Of a stretch of 64,000 bases of DNA, positions 10,666 through 19,975 are shown piece by piece. Source of the stretch: Dehalococcoidia bacterium (lineage in GTDB: Bacteria > Chloroflexota > Dehalococcoidia > Plut-88900). The first letter of the stretch is position 1. Each line of letters begins with the position of its first letter. The stretch spans positions 2,752,001 to 2,816,000 of the forward strand of contig OZ240215.1 in NCBI GenBank assembly GCA_965197585.1, given 5' to 3'. Position numbers and translations under genes: made by a program. The notes under the pieces are model-generated. The model was not told the origin of the DNA. It saw only the letters and a program-made list of their open reading frames with translations, and made no database searches.

Positions 10666-11860
10666 GAAACCTCTGAACAAGTATAGGGGCATAGGTAATA
10701 GTAAGATAAGGAGAGTAAGGCCAAAGCTGAGGTGAGATTTGATGAAGCAGCCGACATTTGCAGACTTGGAATACGAGGGCAAGAAGCGAAAGACCCGCCG
10801 GGAGATATTTCTGGAGCGGATGGAGGACCTGGTTCCATGGGGAAAGTTAGAGGAGCGAATCCGGCCCTACTATTGCAGGGCAGGCCGTGGACGGAGGCCC
10901 TACGAGTTGTCGGTGATGCTGCGGATACACTGCGTGCAGCTGTTCTACAACCTGAGCGATCCGGGCATGGAGGACATGCTCTACGAGGTGGAGTCGGTGA
11001 GGCGGTTCACAGGTCTGAGGCTGTCCGGCCCCTTGCCTGACGAGACTACGATACTGAACTTCCGCCATCTGCTGGAAGAGCAGGAGTTGGGTCGGGGGCT
11101 GTTCGAGGAGATCAACCGTCATCTGGAGTCTCGGGGACTGAGGCTCAGGGAGGGTACGATTGTGGATGCGAGCATCATCGAGGCGCCGGCGTCTACGAAG
11201 AACCGTGCTGGAGAGCGAGACCCCGATATGCACCAGGTGAAGAAGGGGAAGGAGTGGCACTTCGGGATGAAAGTGCACATTGGTGCAGACGCTGACACGG
11301 GGGTGGTGCACAGTATGAGTACGACAGCTGCGAACGTGCATGACGTGACGGAGGCGCACCGGCTGCTGCATGGAGGGGAGAGGCGAGTGTGGGGAGATGC
11401 GGGATATCAGGGAGTGGAGAAGCGGGCGGAGAATCGGGATATGGATGTGGAGTGGCGGGTGGCGATGAGACCTGGACGGCGTCGGAAACTGAGGGCGGGG
11501 AGCTGCGAGGCCTTGGCGGAGAAGAGCAAATCATCCATCAGGGCTAAGGTGGAGCATCCGTTCCTGTACGTGAAACGGCACTTCGGCTACGCCAAGGTCC
11601 GCTACAGGGGCCTGTACAAGAACACGCAACGGGTGGCGATGCTGCTGGGGCTGGCCAACTTGGTAAGGGCCGAGCGCCACTTAGCGGTGTGACGGAGGAG
11701 CAGTGTGGTCAAATCCGGGTTGATGGTGACTGGATGCCCTGACAGGCCAGAACATAGGATGCAAATAAGCCACCGGGACGCAACATTACGACCCAACCTC
11801 TCCCCAAAACTCCATGCAAGACAACCTAAGCTGGTTTACAGTGAGTTGTTCAGAGCTTCC
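10666..11860 (+). mobile_element. IS5-family element (1195 bp) with CTAG target duplication
   Basis: IRs GAAACCTCTGAACAA / TTGTTCAGAGCTTCC; CTAG at 10662-10665 and 11861-11864. Confidence 0.9.
10739..11692 (+). CDS. IS5-family transposase
   Basis: PDETTILNFRHLLE, VDASII, WHFGMKVH, GDAGY, RAKVEHPF. Confidence 0.95.
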   Translation: MMKQPTFADLEYEGKKRKTRREIFLERMEDLVPWGKLEERIRPYYCRAGRGRRPYELSVMLRIHCVQLFYNLSDPGMEDMLYEVESVRRFTGLRLSGPLPDETTILNFRHLLEEQELGRGLFEEINRHLESRGLRLREGTIVDASIIEAPASTKNRAGERDPDMHQVKKGKEWHFGMKVHIGADADTGVVHSMSTTAANVHDVTEAHRLLHGGERRVWGDAGYQGVEKRAENRDMDVEWRVAMRPGRRRKLRAGSCEALAEKSKSSIRAKVEHPFLYVKRHFGYAKVRYRGLYKNTQRVAMLLGLANLVRAERHLAV

Positions 11861-11943
11861 CTAGATTCCTCGCGGGGCCGCGGAATGACACGGGGGGGAG
11901 GGGACGGGGGTGGGGACGGGGGCTGATGTGAGAAAATGGATAT

Positions 11944-12561
11944 GTGAATGGGATGGACATAGACGTACCCCGGCCGACACCGGAGGACGGAAGGAACTTC
12001 TTACGGGCGCGATGGAAGATCATCGTGCCACTGCTTCTGGTGTTCGGCGGGCTGGTGGCGGTCTTGGTGTGGGGGGCGTTGGACAAGGACTCGGCCACGG
12101 GGGGGAGCGGGGCGACGAGGCCGGGGAAGGAGGCGCCAGCGTTCTCGCTGGAGTCATTCTCGGGGGGAGCGGTGTCGCTGGCCGATTTCAAAGGGCAACC
12201 TGTGATCATCAACTTCTGGGCGTCGTGGTGCGCGCCGTGCCGACAGGAAATGCCGGCACTGGAGACGACCTGGCAGCTCTTCCGAGAGCGGGATTTGGCC
12301 GTGGTGGGTATCAACCTGCCTAAGAGTGACCCCGAGGAGAGCGCCCGAGCATTTCTCGACGAGTTCGGCATAAGTTATCCAAACGTCTTCGACACTAGAG
12401 GTTTTACGGCTATCGACTACGGGGTGTCGGGGATACCGGTTACATTCTTCGTGGACAGGGAGGGTGTCGTGACCCGGAGGTTCGTGGGGACGCTTACTGA
12501 TGGGTCGTTGATGGTGTGGGCGGAAGAGTTGGTGGGGGGTGGGGAACCCTCACCCCCTTAG
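11944..12561 (+). CDS. TlpA/ResA-like membrane-anchored thiol-disulfide oxidoreductase
   Basis: N-terminal TM helix, NFWASWCAPC, YGVSGIPVTFFVD. Confidence 0.9.
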   Translation: MNGMDIDVPRPTPEDGRNFLRARWKIIVPLLLVFGGLVAVLVWGALDKDSATGGSGATRPGKEAPAFSLESFSGGAVSLADFKGQPVIINFWASWCAPCRQEMPALETTWQLFRERDLAVVGINLPKSDPEESARAFLDEFGISYPNVFDTRGFTAIDYGVSGIPVTFFVDREGVVTRRFVGTLTDGSLMVWAEELVGGGEPSPP

Positions 12562-12684
12562 TCCCCCTCTCCCGCCAAAGGCGGATCTTCGACACATTAG
12601 GGCCTTCAAGGGAGAGGGGGAGAAATGAATAGGGGCACCCATACGCGCAAAGCGCATATGGGTGCCCCTAATTCGATACCTGGG
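12544..12684 (+). repeat. Structured repeat family E (double hairpin), copy 1
   Basis: TTAGGGCCTTCAAGGGAGAGG..GAATAGGGGC-hairpin-GCCCCTAATTC; homologous to ~23102-23206 and 55861-55982. Confidence 0.75.
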
Positions 12685-12760
12685 AACCACACCCAGAATC
12701 CACTTGACCCTTCGACTGTGCTCAGGGTATGTGGCCCCGCCTCCCCAGGGCAACCACGAG

Positions 12761-14416
12761 GAGCCTGTCTCAAAAGGGAGTGGGGGTTTATGCATCAGGG
12801 TAAACTTGGAGGTGACAAGCTCTGAGTGGAGGTTATGGAGATGCCACTGAGACCGATGGGACGAGAGCAGGTGTGGATGCTGCCACCGACCCTGGATGAG
12901 ATGGTGCCGGAAGATCATCCTGTGCGGTTCGTGGCGGAGTTCGTCGATGCACTGGGACGGGAGGACTGGGCAGAGATGGGAGTAGACATTGACGGAAGCT
13001 GGACGGGAGTGCCGGCGTACCATCCCAGGGCATTGTTGGGGGTGTGGCTGTACGGATTCATGACGGGGGTAAGGTCGAGCCGCAAGCTGGAGGGGGCCTG
13101 CCGTGACCAGGTGCCGTACCTATGGTTGACGGGATGGCAGCGCCCAGATCACAACACGCTGTGGAGGTTTTACAAGAGCAATCGCCAGTCGATGCGTAAA
13201 CTGCTGAAGCGCACAGTGCAAACGGCGCTCAGGATGGACCTTATCGACCTGACGCTGCAGGCAGTGGACGGCACGAAGGTGGGTGCGAATGCCAGCGGAG
13301 ACAGGACCCTGGATGGAGAAGGATTGGAGCGGCTGCTGAGGCGTGTGGACCAGTCGCTGAAGGAACTGGAGGCTGAGAACGAGACGGGTGAGGGTGCCGC
13401 ACCCGCCCATCTGCCTGATGAGTTGACCGAGAAGACGGCGCTGAGAGAGAAGGTGCGCCGAGCTATGGACGAACTCTCGGAGCGTAGGGAACTTAGACAG
13501 ATAAACCTCACGGATAAAGACGCACGTCTGATGAGGACTCGCCGGGGGATAGCGCCCTGCTACAACGCACAGGCGATGGTATCGCCGACGAAGACCGACA
13601 CAGGCGGGAAGGGCATGTTGATTACTGCAGTAGAGGTAGCCGATGATCCCGACGACCATTCCCAACTCGTCCCAATGCTTCAGAGGGCGGAGGAGACCAC
13701 CGGCCTCAGGTCTGAGACGACGCTGGCCGATGCGGGCTATCACTCAGGGAGCAATCTGCAGCAGTGTGGGCGCAGAGAGCAGAAAGTTGTGATGCCGGAG
13801 GCACAGGACCGGGCACTGGGCCGCCCCTATCACAAGGACCGATTCGCCTACGATGAGGATACCGACAGCTACATCTGTCCACAGGGACAACGGCTACGCT
13901 TCACCAGAATCAAGCGCACCCGGGGGATACCGATGCGGCTCTACCGGGCCTCGGGGGCCATCTGCCGAGGGTGTCCGGTCTTCGGGGTGTGTACGAGGGA
14001 CGGCCGACATGGGCGAGGGCTTGAGATAGGGCCCCACGACACAGCCTTGCGTCGTCATCGGTCCTGGATGGGCAGCGATGAAGCCAGAGAGTTGTACCGT
14101 CGCAGGAAGGGGCTGGTAGAGCCGGTGTTCGGGATCATCAAAGAGCAGCAGGCGGCGCGTAGGTTCCTGCTGCGGGGTCTCAACAACGTGGCCGCCGAGT
14201 GGGGCCTGTTGGCCTCGGCCTTCAATCTGCGCACCCTGTGGCGGGTATGGCATGGCCGGACAACCCGCATATGGGGCCGCAATCTCATCCCATCTTTGGT
14301 ACACAACTCCATCATCGGCCACCCGGCATGAGCCGTCGTGACCGATCATTGCACATATAACACCCCATCTAGCCCTTCACTCTTGCCACACCCCACCCCA
14401 CTTGTGAGACAGGCTC
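12761..14416 (+). mobile_element. IS1182-family element, copy 2 (1656 bp)
   Basis: Near-identical to copy 1; CGAG TSD at 12757-12760 and 14417-14420; empty site is the hairpin GGGCAACCACGAGGGTTTGCCCCTAC. Confidence 0.92.
12826..14331 (+). CDS. IS1182-family transposase
   Basis: 501 aa, only a handful of substitutions versus copy 1. Confidence 0.92.
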   Translation: MEVMEMPLRPMGREQVWMLPPTLDEMVPEDHPVRFVAEFVDALGREDWAEMGVDIDGSWTGVPAYHPRALLGVWLYGFMTGVRSSRKLEGACRDQVPYLWLTGWQRPDHNTLWRFYKSNRQSMRKLLKRTVQTALRMDLIDLTLQAVDGTKVGANASGDRTLDGEGLERLLRRVDQSLKELEAENETGEGAAPAHLPDELTEKTALREKVRRAMDELSERRELRQINLTDKDARLMRTRRGIAPCYNAQAMVSPTKTDTGGKGMLITAVEVADDPDDHSQLVPMLQRAEETTGLRSETTLADAGYHSGSNLQQCGRREQKVVMPEAQDRALGRPYHKDRFAYDEDTDSYICPQGQRLRFTRIKRTRGIPMRLYRASGAICRGCPVFGVCTRDGRHGRGLEIGPHDTALRRHRSWMGSDEARELYRRRKGLVEPVFGIIKEQQAARRFLLRGLNNVAAEWGLLASAFNLRTLWRVWHGRTTRIWGRNLIPSLVHNSIIGHPA

Positions 14417-14528
14417 CGAGGGTTTGCCCCTACGGGGATAAGAAGGAGGGCGACCAGCCGATCGCCCCTACGGGGGATAGAGGTGAGTTTGAACAGGGGG
14501 TCGGGGGAGATATAGAATAGGGCTAGTC

Positions 14529-15494
14529 TTGGAGGAGGCCTTTGCTTTGACGGAACCCTTAGATATAGCGCGTAGAATCCAAGAAAACGTTGAGAAGGTC
14601 ATAGTCGGTAAGACGGAGGCTGTCCGCCTGGCGCTGATCTCTCTGATGTGCAACGGGCATATTTTGATCGACGACGTGCCGGGGGTGGGGAAGACGATGC
14701 TGGCGAAGAGCATCGCAAAGAGCGTCGGGTGCAGTTTCAAGAGAATCCAGTTCACCCCCGACCTGCTCCCTTCCGACATCACGGGCGTCTCCATATACAA
14801 CCCGAAGACCGAGACGTTCCAGTTCATGCCCGGTCCCTTGCTGGCCCAGGTAGTGCTGGCCGACGAGATAAATCGGGCCACGCCGAAGGCTCAGTCGGCG
14901 CTGCTGGAGAGCATGGAGGAGATGCAGATCACCGTGGACGGCGTTTCCCACATCTTGCCCAGGCCGTTTCTGGTGATGGCCACCGAGAACCCGCTGGAAT
15001 ACGAAGGCACATTCCCGCTTCCACAGGGGCAGATGGACAGGTTCCTGATGCGGATCAGCCCAGGGTACCCGACCGCGGCACAGGAGCTTTCGATCATCGA
15101 CAATCAGAGGTTTATACACCCTATAGAGACGATCTCGGCGGTAAGCACCCCGGAAGAGATAATCACGCTGCAGGACGAGGTGCGCAAAGTCCACGTGGAC
15201 CTCAGTTTGAAGAGGTACATAGTTTCGATAGTGGACGCGACCCGGCACGACCGGGACGTTTACCTGGGGGTGTCGCCGCGGGGGTCACTGGGGTTGTTCC
15301 GGTCGTCTCAGGCGAAGGCATTCCTGGAGGGCCGGGACTACGTTCTGCCGGATGACATCAAAGAGCTGAGCAAGCCCGTGCTGGCGCACCGTCTCATCAC
15401 GAACCCCGGGGCCCGGTCCAGGGACATTACCGGGGCATCGTCGGTGGCGAAGATACTGGAGTCGGTGCCGGTACCGGGCGTAAAGGTCGGGTGA
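14529..15494 (+). CDS. moxR: MoxR-family AAA+ ATPase
   Basis: DDVPGVGKT Walker A, RIQFTPDLLPSD, LADEINRA, GVSPRG. Confidence 0.93.
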   Translation: MEEAFALTEPLDIARRIQENVEKVIVGKTEAVRLALISLMCNGHILIDDVPGVGKTMLAKSIAKSVGCSFKRIQFTPDLLPSDITGVSIYNPKTETFQFMPGPLLAQVVLADEINRATPKAQSALLESMEEMQITVDGVSHILPRPFLVMATENPLEYEGTFPLPQGQMDRFLMRISPGYPTAAQELSIIDNQRFIHPIETISAVSTPEEIITLQDEVRKVHVDLSLKRYIVSIVDATRHDRDVYLGVSPRGSLGLFRSSQAKAFLEGRDYVLPDDIKELSKPVLAHRLITNPGARSRDITGASSVAKILESVPVPGVKVG

Positions 15495-15540
15495 GGGGCG
15501 CCTTTCGGACGCCCGTCCAGGTCGTTCTCAAAGGTCTTCC

Positions 15541-16785
15541 GTGAAGTTCAAACGCAAACTGCCCGCCATGACCCGGTTGCGGGTCGTCATCATCCTGATC
15601 ACCATCATCACTGTGATGGCGGTGTCTACCAACTACGGCCTCTACTACAAGATGGCCTACATCCTGGCCTTGCTCCTGGTCCTAAGCTACGGTTGGACAT
15701 GGCTAAACGGGAAGTGGGTGACCATAACGGTAAAGAGGAACGTGGTCGCGGCACGGGCTGGGGAGTGGCTGGAGGAACAGCTGACGATAACCAACCGCTC
15801 GCGGGTAGTCCCCGTGGTCTGGATGGAGGTGGACGAGAAGAGCGACATGCCGGAACACGGTGGGGAGATGGTAATCAGTCTTCCCAGCGCGAGATTCGGG
15901 CAGTGGAGCCTCTGGACACACTGCACGCAGAGGGGTAAGTACCAGCTCGGGCCCCTGGCCGTAATCAGCAGCGACCCCCTGGGCCTGTTCCAGAAGAGCC
16001 GATGGTTCGGGAAGCCGCAACCGTTTACCGTTTATCCGTCCCTGGTCAGCCTGCCCAGTTTCGCACTGCCGTCCAGCGACCTGCCGGGCGACTCCACGTC
16101 CCGGCAGCATACGCAGGTGGTCACGCCAGCCGCGTCAGGCATCCGGGAATACATGCCCGGAGACAGCTACAGCCGGGTGCACTGGAGAAGCACGGCGCGA
16201 ACCGGGAAGCTGATGGTCAAGGAGTTCGAGCAGGAGGAGTCGGCGAAGGTGTGGATCGTGCTGGACATGGAGAAAAGGGTGCACCGGGGCTCGGGGCCGG
16301 AGAGCAGCGAGGAGTACGCGGTCACGGCGGCAGCCTCGATAGCCGACAAGTACCTACAGCGGGGACTGCCCGTGGGAATAACCGCGGTGGGCAACATCGA
16401 GCTGAACCTGGCCCCCAAGCCGGGAGTCAACCAGTTCGACCTGATAATGGACGGCCTGGCGGAGATCAAGGCCGAGGGGAAAGTGCCCCTTGCCGACGTG
16501 CTTAGAGACAGCGAAACCGTCTTCAATCGATACTGTACGCTGGTCATAGTGGCGCCAGGGCCGGAGGAGGAGTGGATGGGAACGGTGCAGCGGTTGTCAC
16601 AGAAGAGGATACAGTCGGCGGTGGTGGTGCTGGACATCGAGAGCTTCGGGAGTGGAGTAAACGGGACAGGGAAATTGGCGGGCGGTGGATCTCTGGCCGG
16701 GGGCCAGATCCCGACATGCGTATTGGCAAAGGGGGAAGACTTGAGCGAAGCGTTGGCGATGGACTACGTGGGAAAGGCGGTTTGA
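15541..16785 (+). CDS. DUF58 domain protein
   Basis: REYMPGDSYSRVHWRSTAR..LMVKEFE motif; follows moxR. Confidence 0.9.
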   Translation: MKFKRKLPAMTRLRVVIILITIITVMAVSTNYGLYYKMAYILALLLVLSYGWTWLNGKWVTITVKRNVVAARAGEWLEEQLTITNRSRVVPVVWMEVDEKSDMPEHGGEMVISLPSARFGQWSLWTHCTQRGKYQLGPLAVISSDPLGLFQKSRWFGKPQPFTVYPSLVSLPSFALPSSDLPGDSTSRQHTQVVTPAASGIREYMPGDSYSRVHWRSTARTGKLMVKEFEQEESAKVWIVLDMEKRVHRGSGPESSEEYAVTAAASIADKYLQRGLPVGITAVGNIELNLAPKPGVNQFDLIMDGLAEIKAEGKVPLADVLRDSETVFNRYCTLVIVAPGPEEEWMGTVQRLSQKRIQSAVVVLDIESFGSGVNGTGKLAGGGSLAGGQIPTCVLAKGEDLSEALAMDYVGKAV

Positions 16786-16827
16786 GGGATTTGGTGAAGC
16801 GCATATGCTGTTTTCCCTCAAGGATCA

Positions 16828-16915
16828 CCCTCACCCTAGCCCTCTCCCTCGATGGGAGAGGGACAGGACGCCCCACGCTCGACCCTTCGACCCTGCTCAG
16901 CGTGAGCGGCCCCTC
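16828..16915 (+). repeat. Palindromic repeats: family A (BoxC-like CCCTCACCCTAGCCCTCTCCC..GGGAGAGGG) plus family B (CGCTCGACCCTTCGAC..CTCAGCGTGAGCGG)
   Basis: Family A also near 32665, 35356, 45395, 51266, 61015; family B also near 2095, 10498, 35301, 35467, 39226, 45481, 49691, 60951, 61092. Confidence 0.8.
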
Positions 16916-16966
16916 ACCGCCCACAATACAGGCATTGTGTCAGGCAAAAGAGAAGTGGTCTAGGGC

Positions 16967-19450
16967 ATGGCAGTAGCGGCGCCTAATCTGAAGAAGCACA
17001 CCCCGGACTTCGAGCCTCTGGGTGGTCTGCCGCGCTCTCAGTACGGGCCCAAGGAGGGGTGGCTCACCTTCGTCATAGTGCTGCTGCTGGTGCTGTCGGT
17101 GGTCTGGTCGGTGGAGACGGCCCACTGGCTGGATGGGATGCCTTCTTACAGCATAACGTCGATTATTGCGGTGCTCACCGGAATGCTGCTTGCCAAGATA
17201 AAAACACGGGCGATATTCCTGCACGGGGGCAGCATCCTGTTGGCGTACGTGCTGATGGTCTGGCAGACGCGGTACCTGACTCCGGACGGGTGGTTCATAG
17301 TCAAGACCAGCGACATGGTGAGCAGGTTCCAGGTATGGGTGACGGCGGCGGAGTCGGGGGGGATTAGCGCGGACCCGCTACCCTTCGTGATCATCGTATT
17401 CATATTTACATGGATCGTTACTTACGTGGCGTCGTGGTTCGTGTTCCGGTCGCTGAGGTTCTGGCCGGCGGTGATCCCTGCGGGCCTCGCGCTGTTCCTC
17501 AACCTGCTCTATCTCCCCGAGAAGTTCTGGGTATTCTTCTACATGTTCATCCTGATGGTGATCCTGCTTTCCATGAGGATGTACTTTCTGCGGAAGAGGG
17601 CGGCGTGGGACCGTAAGGAGGTGCCCTACGTCAGGGGCATTTCGCCGGCGTTCGGGTTCACGACGCTGCTACTGGCCGGGGTGATGATGCTGTCCGTGGT
17701 GCTGGTGCCTCGCACGGACTTCGGGCCCGACGTTATGAAAAAGGGCTGGTCGGTCATGAGCATCCCGTGGAAGGCCATGGAGACCGAGCTGGGCCGGGTA
17801 TTGTCCTTCTTACCGGCGCAGATACCGTATACGATCCACAAGTTCGGGGATGCGTTCCCGTTCAGGGGGGCGAGCAATCTCGGGGACCACGTGGTGATGC
17901 AGATATCGTCGGGCCAGCCGGCTTACTGGAGAGCAGAAACCTTCGACATCTACACGCCAAAGGGGTGGCTGACAGGAGAGAGGGTCGACCTAAACGAGGC
18001 GTTCCTGCCGGGAGAGGACGAGGAGATAGCGGTCTACAGCGGTACGGAGCTTATCGAGCAGTCGGTGGAGATGGGGGTGAGCTCGGATGCGATCTTTGCG
18101 GGTGCAAACCCGCTGCATGCTACACGGAGGTTCGAGATAGAGATCTCGCCGCCTATGACGTTCGAGATAAACCTGTCCGAGCCGACGGACTTCGAGGCAT
18201 TTCCTGAAGAGCTGAGGCCCGTGGCCCGGGCCATAAGGGCCGATGCCGAAAGTGGCACGCTCACCTTCACCAGGGCTCTGGAGGCAATGCCGGAGGATAC
18301 GATAATCCAGGAAATAGTGCGGGACGGGAGCAGGGCCAGCAAGGTAATCCTGTCCCGGAAGCCGCCTAACCCACCGGACATCACGGCTTTGCGTCCCCAA
18401 AGAGACCTGAACCCCACCGACACCTATGATGCCATCTCCTACACTTCTATAGCGTCGGAGGAGGCGTTGATGGAAGCAGGAACGGACTACCCGTCCTGGG
18501 TGACGGACAGGTACCTGCAGCTGCCGGACGATCTGCCGCGGAGGGTGCGGGGACTGGCGGAGGGGCTGACGGACAATAGGGACAATCCGTACGACAAGGC
18601 GATAGCGATCAGGAACTGGCTGAGAAAGATACCGTTCTACACGACGGACATAGAAGCGCCACCGGAAGAAGCGGACGGAGTGGACTACTTCCTGTTCGAG
18701 ACCAAGAGGGGGTACAGCAGCTACTTCTCGTCGTCGATGGTGGTGATGTTGAGGGCGGTCGGGATACCTTCGCGGCTGGCGGTGGGGTACTCGACGGGCG
18801 GGTGGGACGATGAGACGAGCCGATATGTAGTGATCAGCGCCAACGCCCACTCGTGGCCCGAGGCTTACTTCCCGGACTATGGTTGGATCACCTTCGAACC
18901 CGTGCCGCAGAACGACGTGATAATACGCGGAGGGTTCATCAAAGGAGATGAAGAGGAAGGCATCGAAGACGTGGCCCGTTTGATGCAGGGCGGCGACCCG
19001 CCGGGCGTGGGACAGGATGTCCTCAGCCCCGTTGGAAGGCTATCCCTGGGGCCGATTCCGGGCTGGGGGATTGTGGCAGTCGTCGCTGTAATAGCCGGGG
19101 TGGCGCTAGTTTTCCTAAGCCTAATCGTGTGGCTGGGGTACGGACTTAGAAAGCTGGGGGTTTCGGCGCAGGTCTACGGGAAAATGGCAAGGATGGCGAG
19201 ACTTGCGGGTCACGGACCACGAGCCACGGACACTCCAAGGGAGTTCGCGTTGAACCTGGCGGTGGCAATGGACTCGGTGGACGGGCACATCGAACGGATT
19301 GGGGAGGTGTATGGGGCTCGGAACTACAGGTCGACGCCTCTGTCGGAGAGAGAACGGGAGTCGTTGGCCGGGGACTGGGACGCACTGCGACGGCAACTGT
19401 TCATCTGGTCCATCAAACGCAGGCTTACCGGTTGGAGAAACAAAGAATGA
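16967..19450 (+). CDS. Membrane transglutaminase-like protein (TgpA type)
   Basis: Multiple N-terminal TM helices, YWRAETFD, LRAVGIPSRLAVGY, AHSWPEAYFPDYGWITFEP; usual GYC catalytic Cys reads GYS. Confidence 0.88.
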   Translation: MAVAAPNLKKHTPDFEPLGGLPRSQYGPKEGWLTFVIVLLLVLSVVWSVETAHWLDGMPSYSITSIIAVLTGMLLAKIKTRAIFLHGGSILLAYVLMVWQTRYLTPDGWFIVKTSDMVSRFQVWVTAAESGGISADPLPFVIIVFIFTWIVTYVASWFVFRSLRFWPAVIPAGLALFLNLLYLPEKFWVFFYMFILMVILLSMRMYFLRKRAAWDRKEVPYVRGISPAFGFTTLLLAGVMMLSVVLVPRTDFGPDVMKKGWSVMSIPWKAMETELGRVLSFLPAQIPYTIHKFGDAFPFRGASNLGDHVVMQISSGQPAYWRAETFDIYTPKGWLTGERVDLNEAFLPGEDEEIAVYSGTELIEQSVEMGVSSDAIFAGANPLHATRRFEIEISPPMTFEINLSEPTDFEAFPEELRPVARAIRADAESGTLTFTRALEAMPEDTIIQEIVRDGSRASKVILSRKPPNPPDITALRPQRDLNPTDTYDAISYTSIASEEALMEAGTDYPSWVTDRYLQLPDDLPRRVRGLAEGLTDNRDNPYDKAIAIRNWLRKIPFYTTDIEAPPEEADGVDYFLFETKRGYSSYFSSSMVVMLRAVGIPSRLAVGYSTGGWDDETSRYVVISANAHSWPEAYFPDYGWITFEPVPQNDVIIRGGFIKGDEEEGIEDVARLMQGGDPPGVGQDVLSPVGRLSLGPIPGWGIVAVVAVIAGVALVFLSLIVWLGYGLRKLGVSAQVYGKMARMARLAGHGPRATDTPREFALNLAVAMDSVDGHIERIGEVYGARNYRSTPLSERERESLAGDWDALRRQLFIWSIKRRLTGWRNKE

Positions 19451-19959
19451 AGTATACGGTCTTAGAGACACCGATGGGGTGGATGGGGGTGGTGGCCTCG
19501 GAGGCGGGGGTGCGGAGACTGACTATTCCGCTGCCGACACCCGACGAGGCCATGAGCGATATCCAGCATGATCTTGGCGGCGCGGAGCTAGACAACGACT
19601 ATTTCATAGAATTGGATGAAAAGTTGCAACGGCTCTTCTCCGGGGAAGACGTACCCGTGGAAGATGCGGACCTGGACCTGCCACAGGCCCCGGAGTTCAC
19701 ACGGGCCGTTTGGAAGGCCACCCGGGAAATCCCCCACGGGGAGACGCGCAGTTATGGCGACCTGGCAGCGGCAGTGGGACGGCCGCGAGGGGCACGGGCG
19801 GTAGGGCAAGTAATGGCGTCCAATCCTGTGGCGGTATTGATCCCATGCCATCGGGTCATAGCCAGCGACCGGGGGCTGGGTGGATACGGCGGCCACATCG
19901 AGATGAAGAAGCGGCTCCTGAAACTGGAGGGGGCCGAAGGGGTGCGGGGGCTCTCCTGA
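19447..19959 (+). CDS. ogt: Methylated-DNA--protein-cysteine methyltransferase
   Basis: IPHGETRSYG, RAVG, IPCHRV active-site motif; ATGA overlap with upstream stop. Confidence 0.93.
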   Translation: MKYTVLETPMGWMGVVASEAGVRRLTIPLPTPDEAMSDIQHDLGGAELDNDYFIELDEKLQRLFSGEDVPVEDADLDLPQAPEFTRAVWKATREIPHGETRSYGDLAAAVGRPRGARAVGQVMASNPVAVLIPCHRVIASDRGLGGYGGHIEMKKRLLKLEGAEGVRGLS

Positions 19960-19975
19960 GCGCCCTCCACAACTC

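Noticed and set aside
8838-14416. Composite transposon that moved as a unit
   Set aside because: Each IS1182 has its own distinct TSD and the outer flanks do not match.
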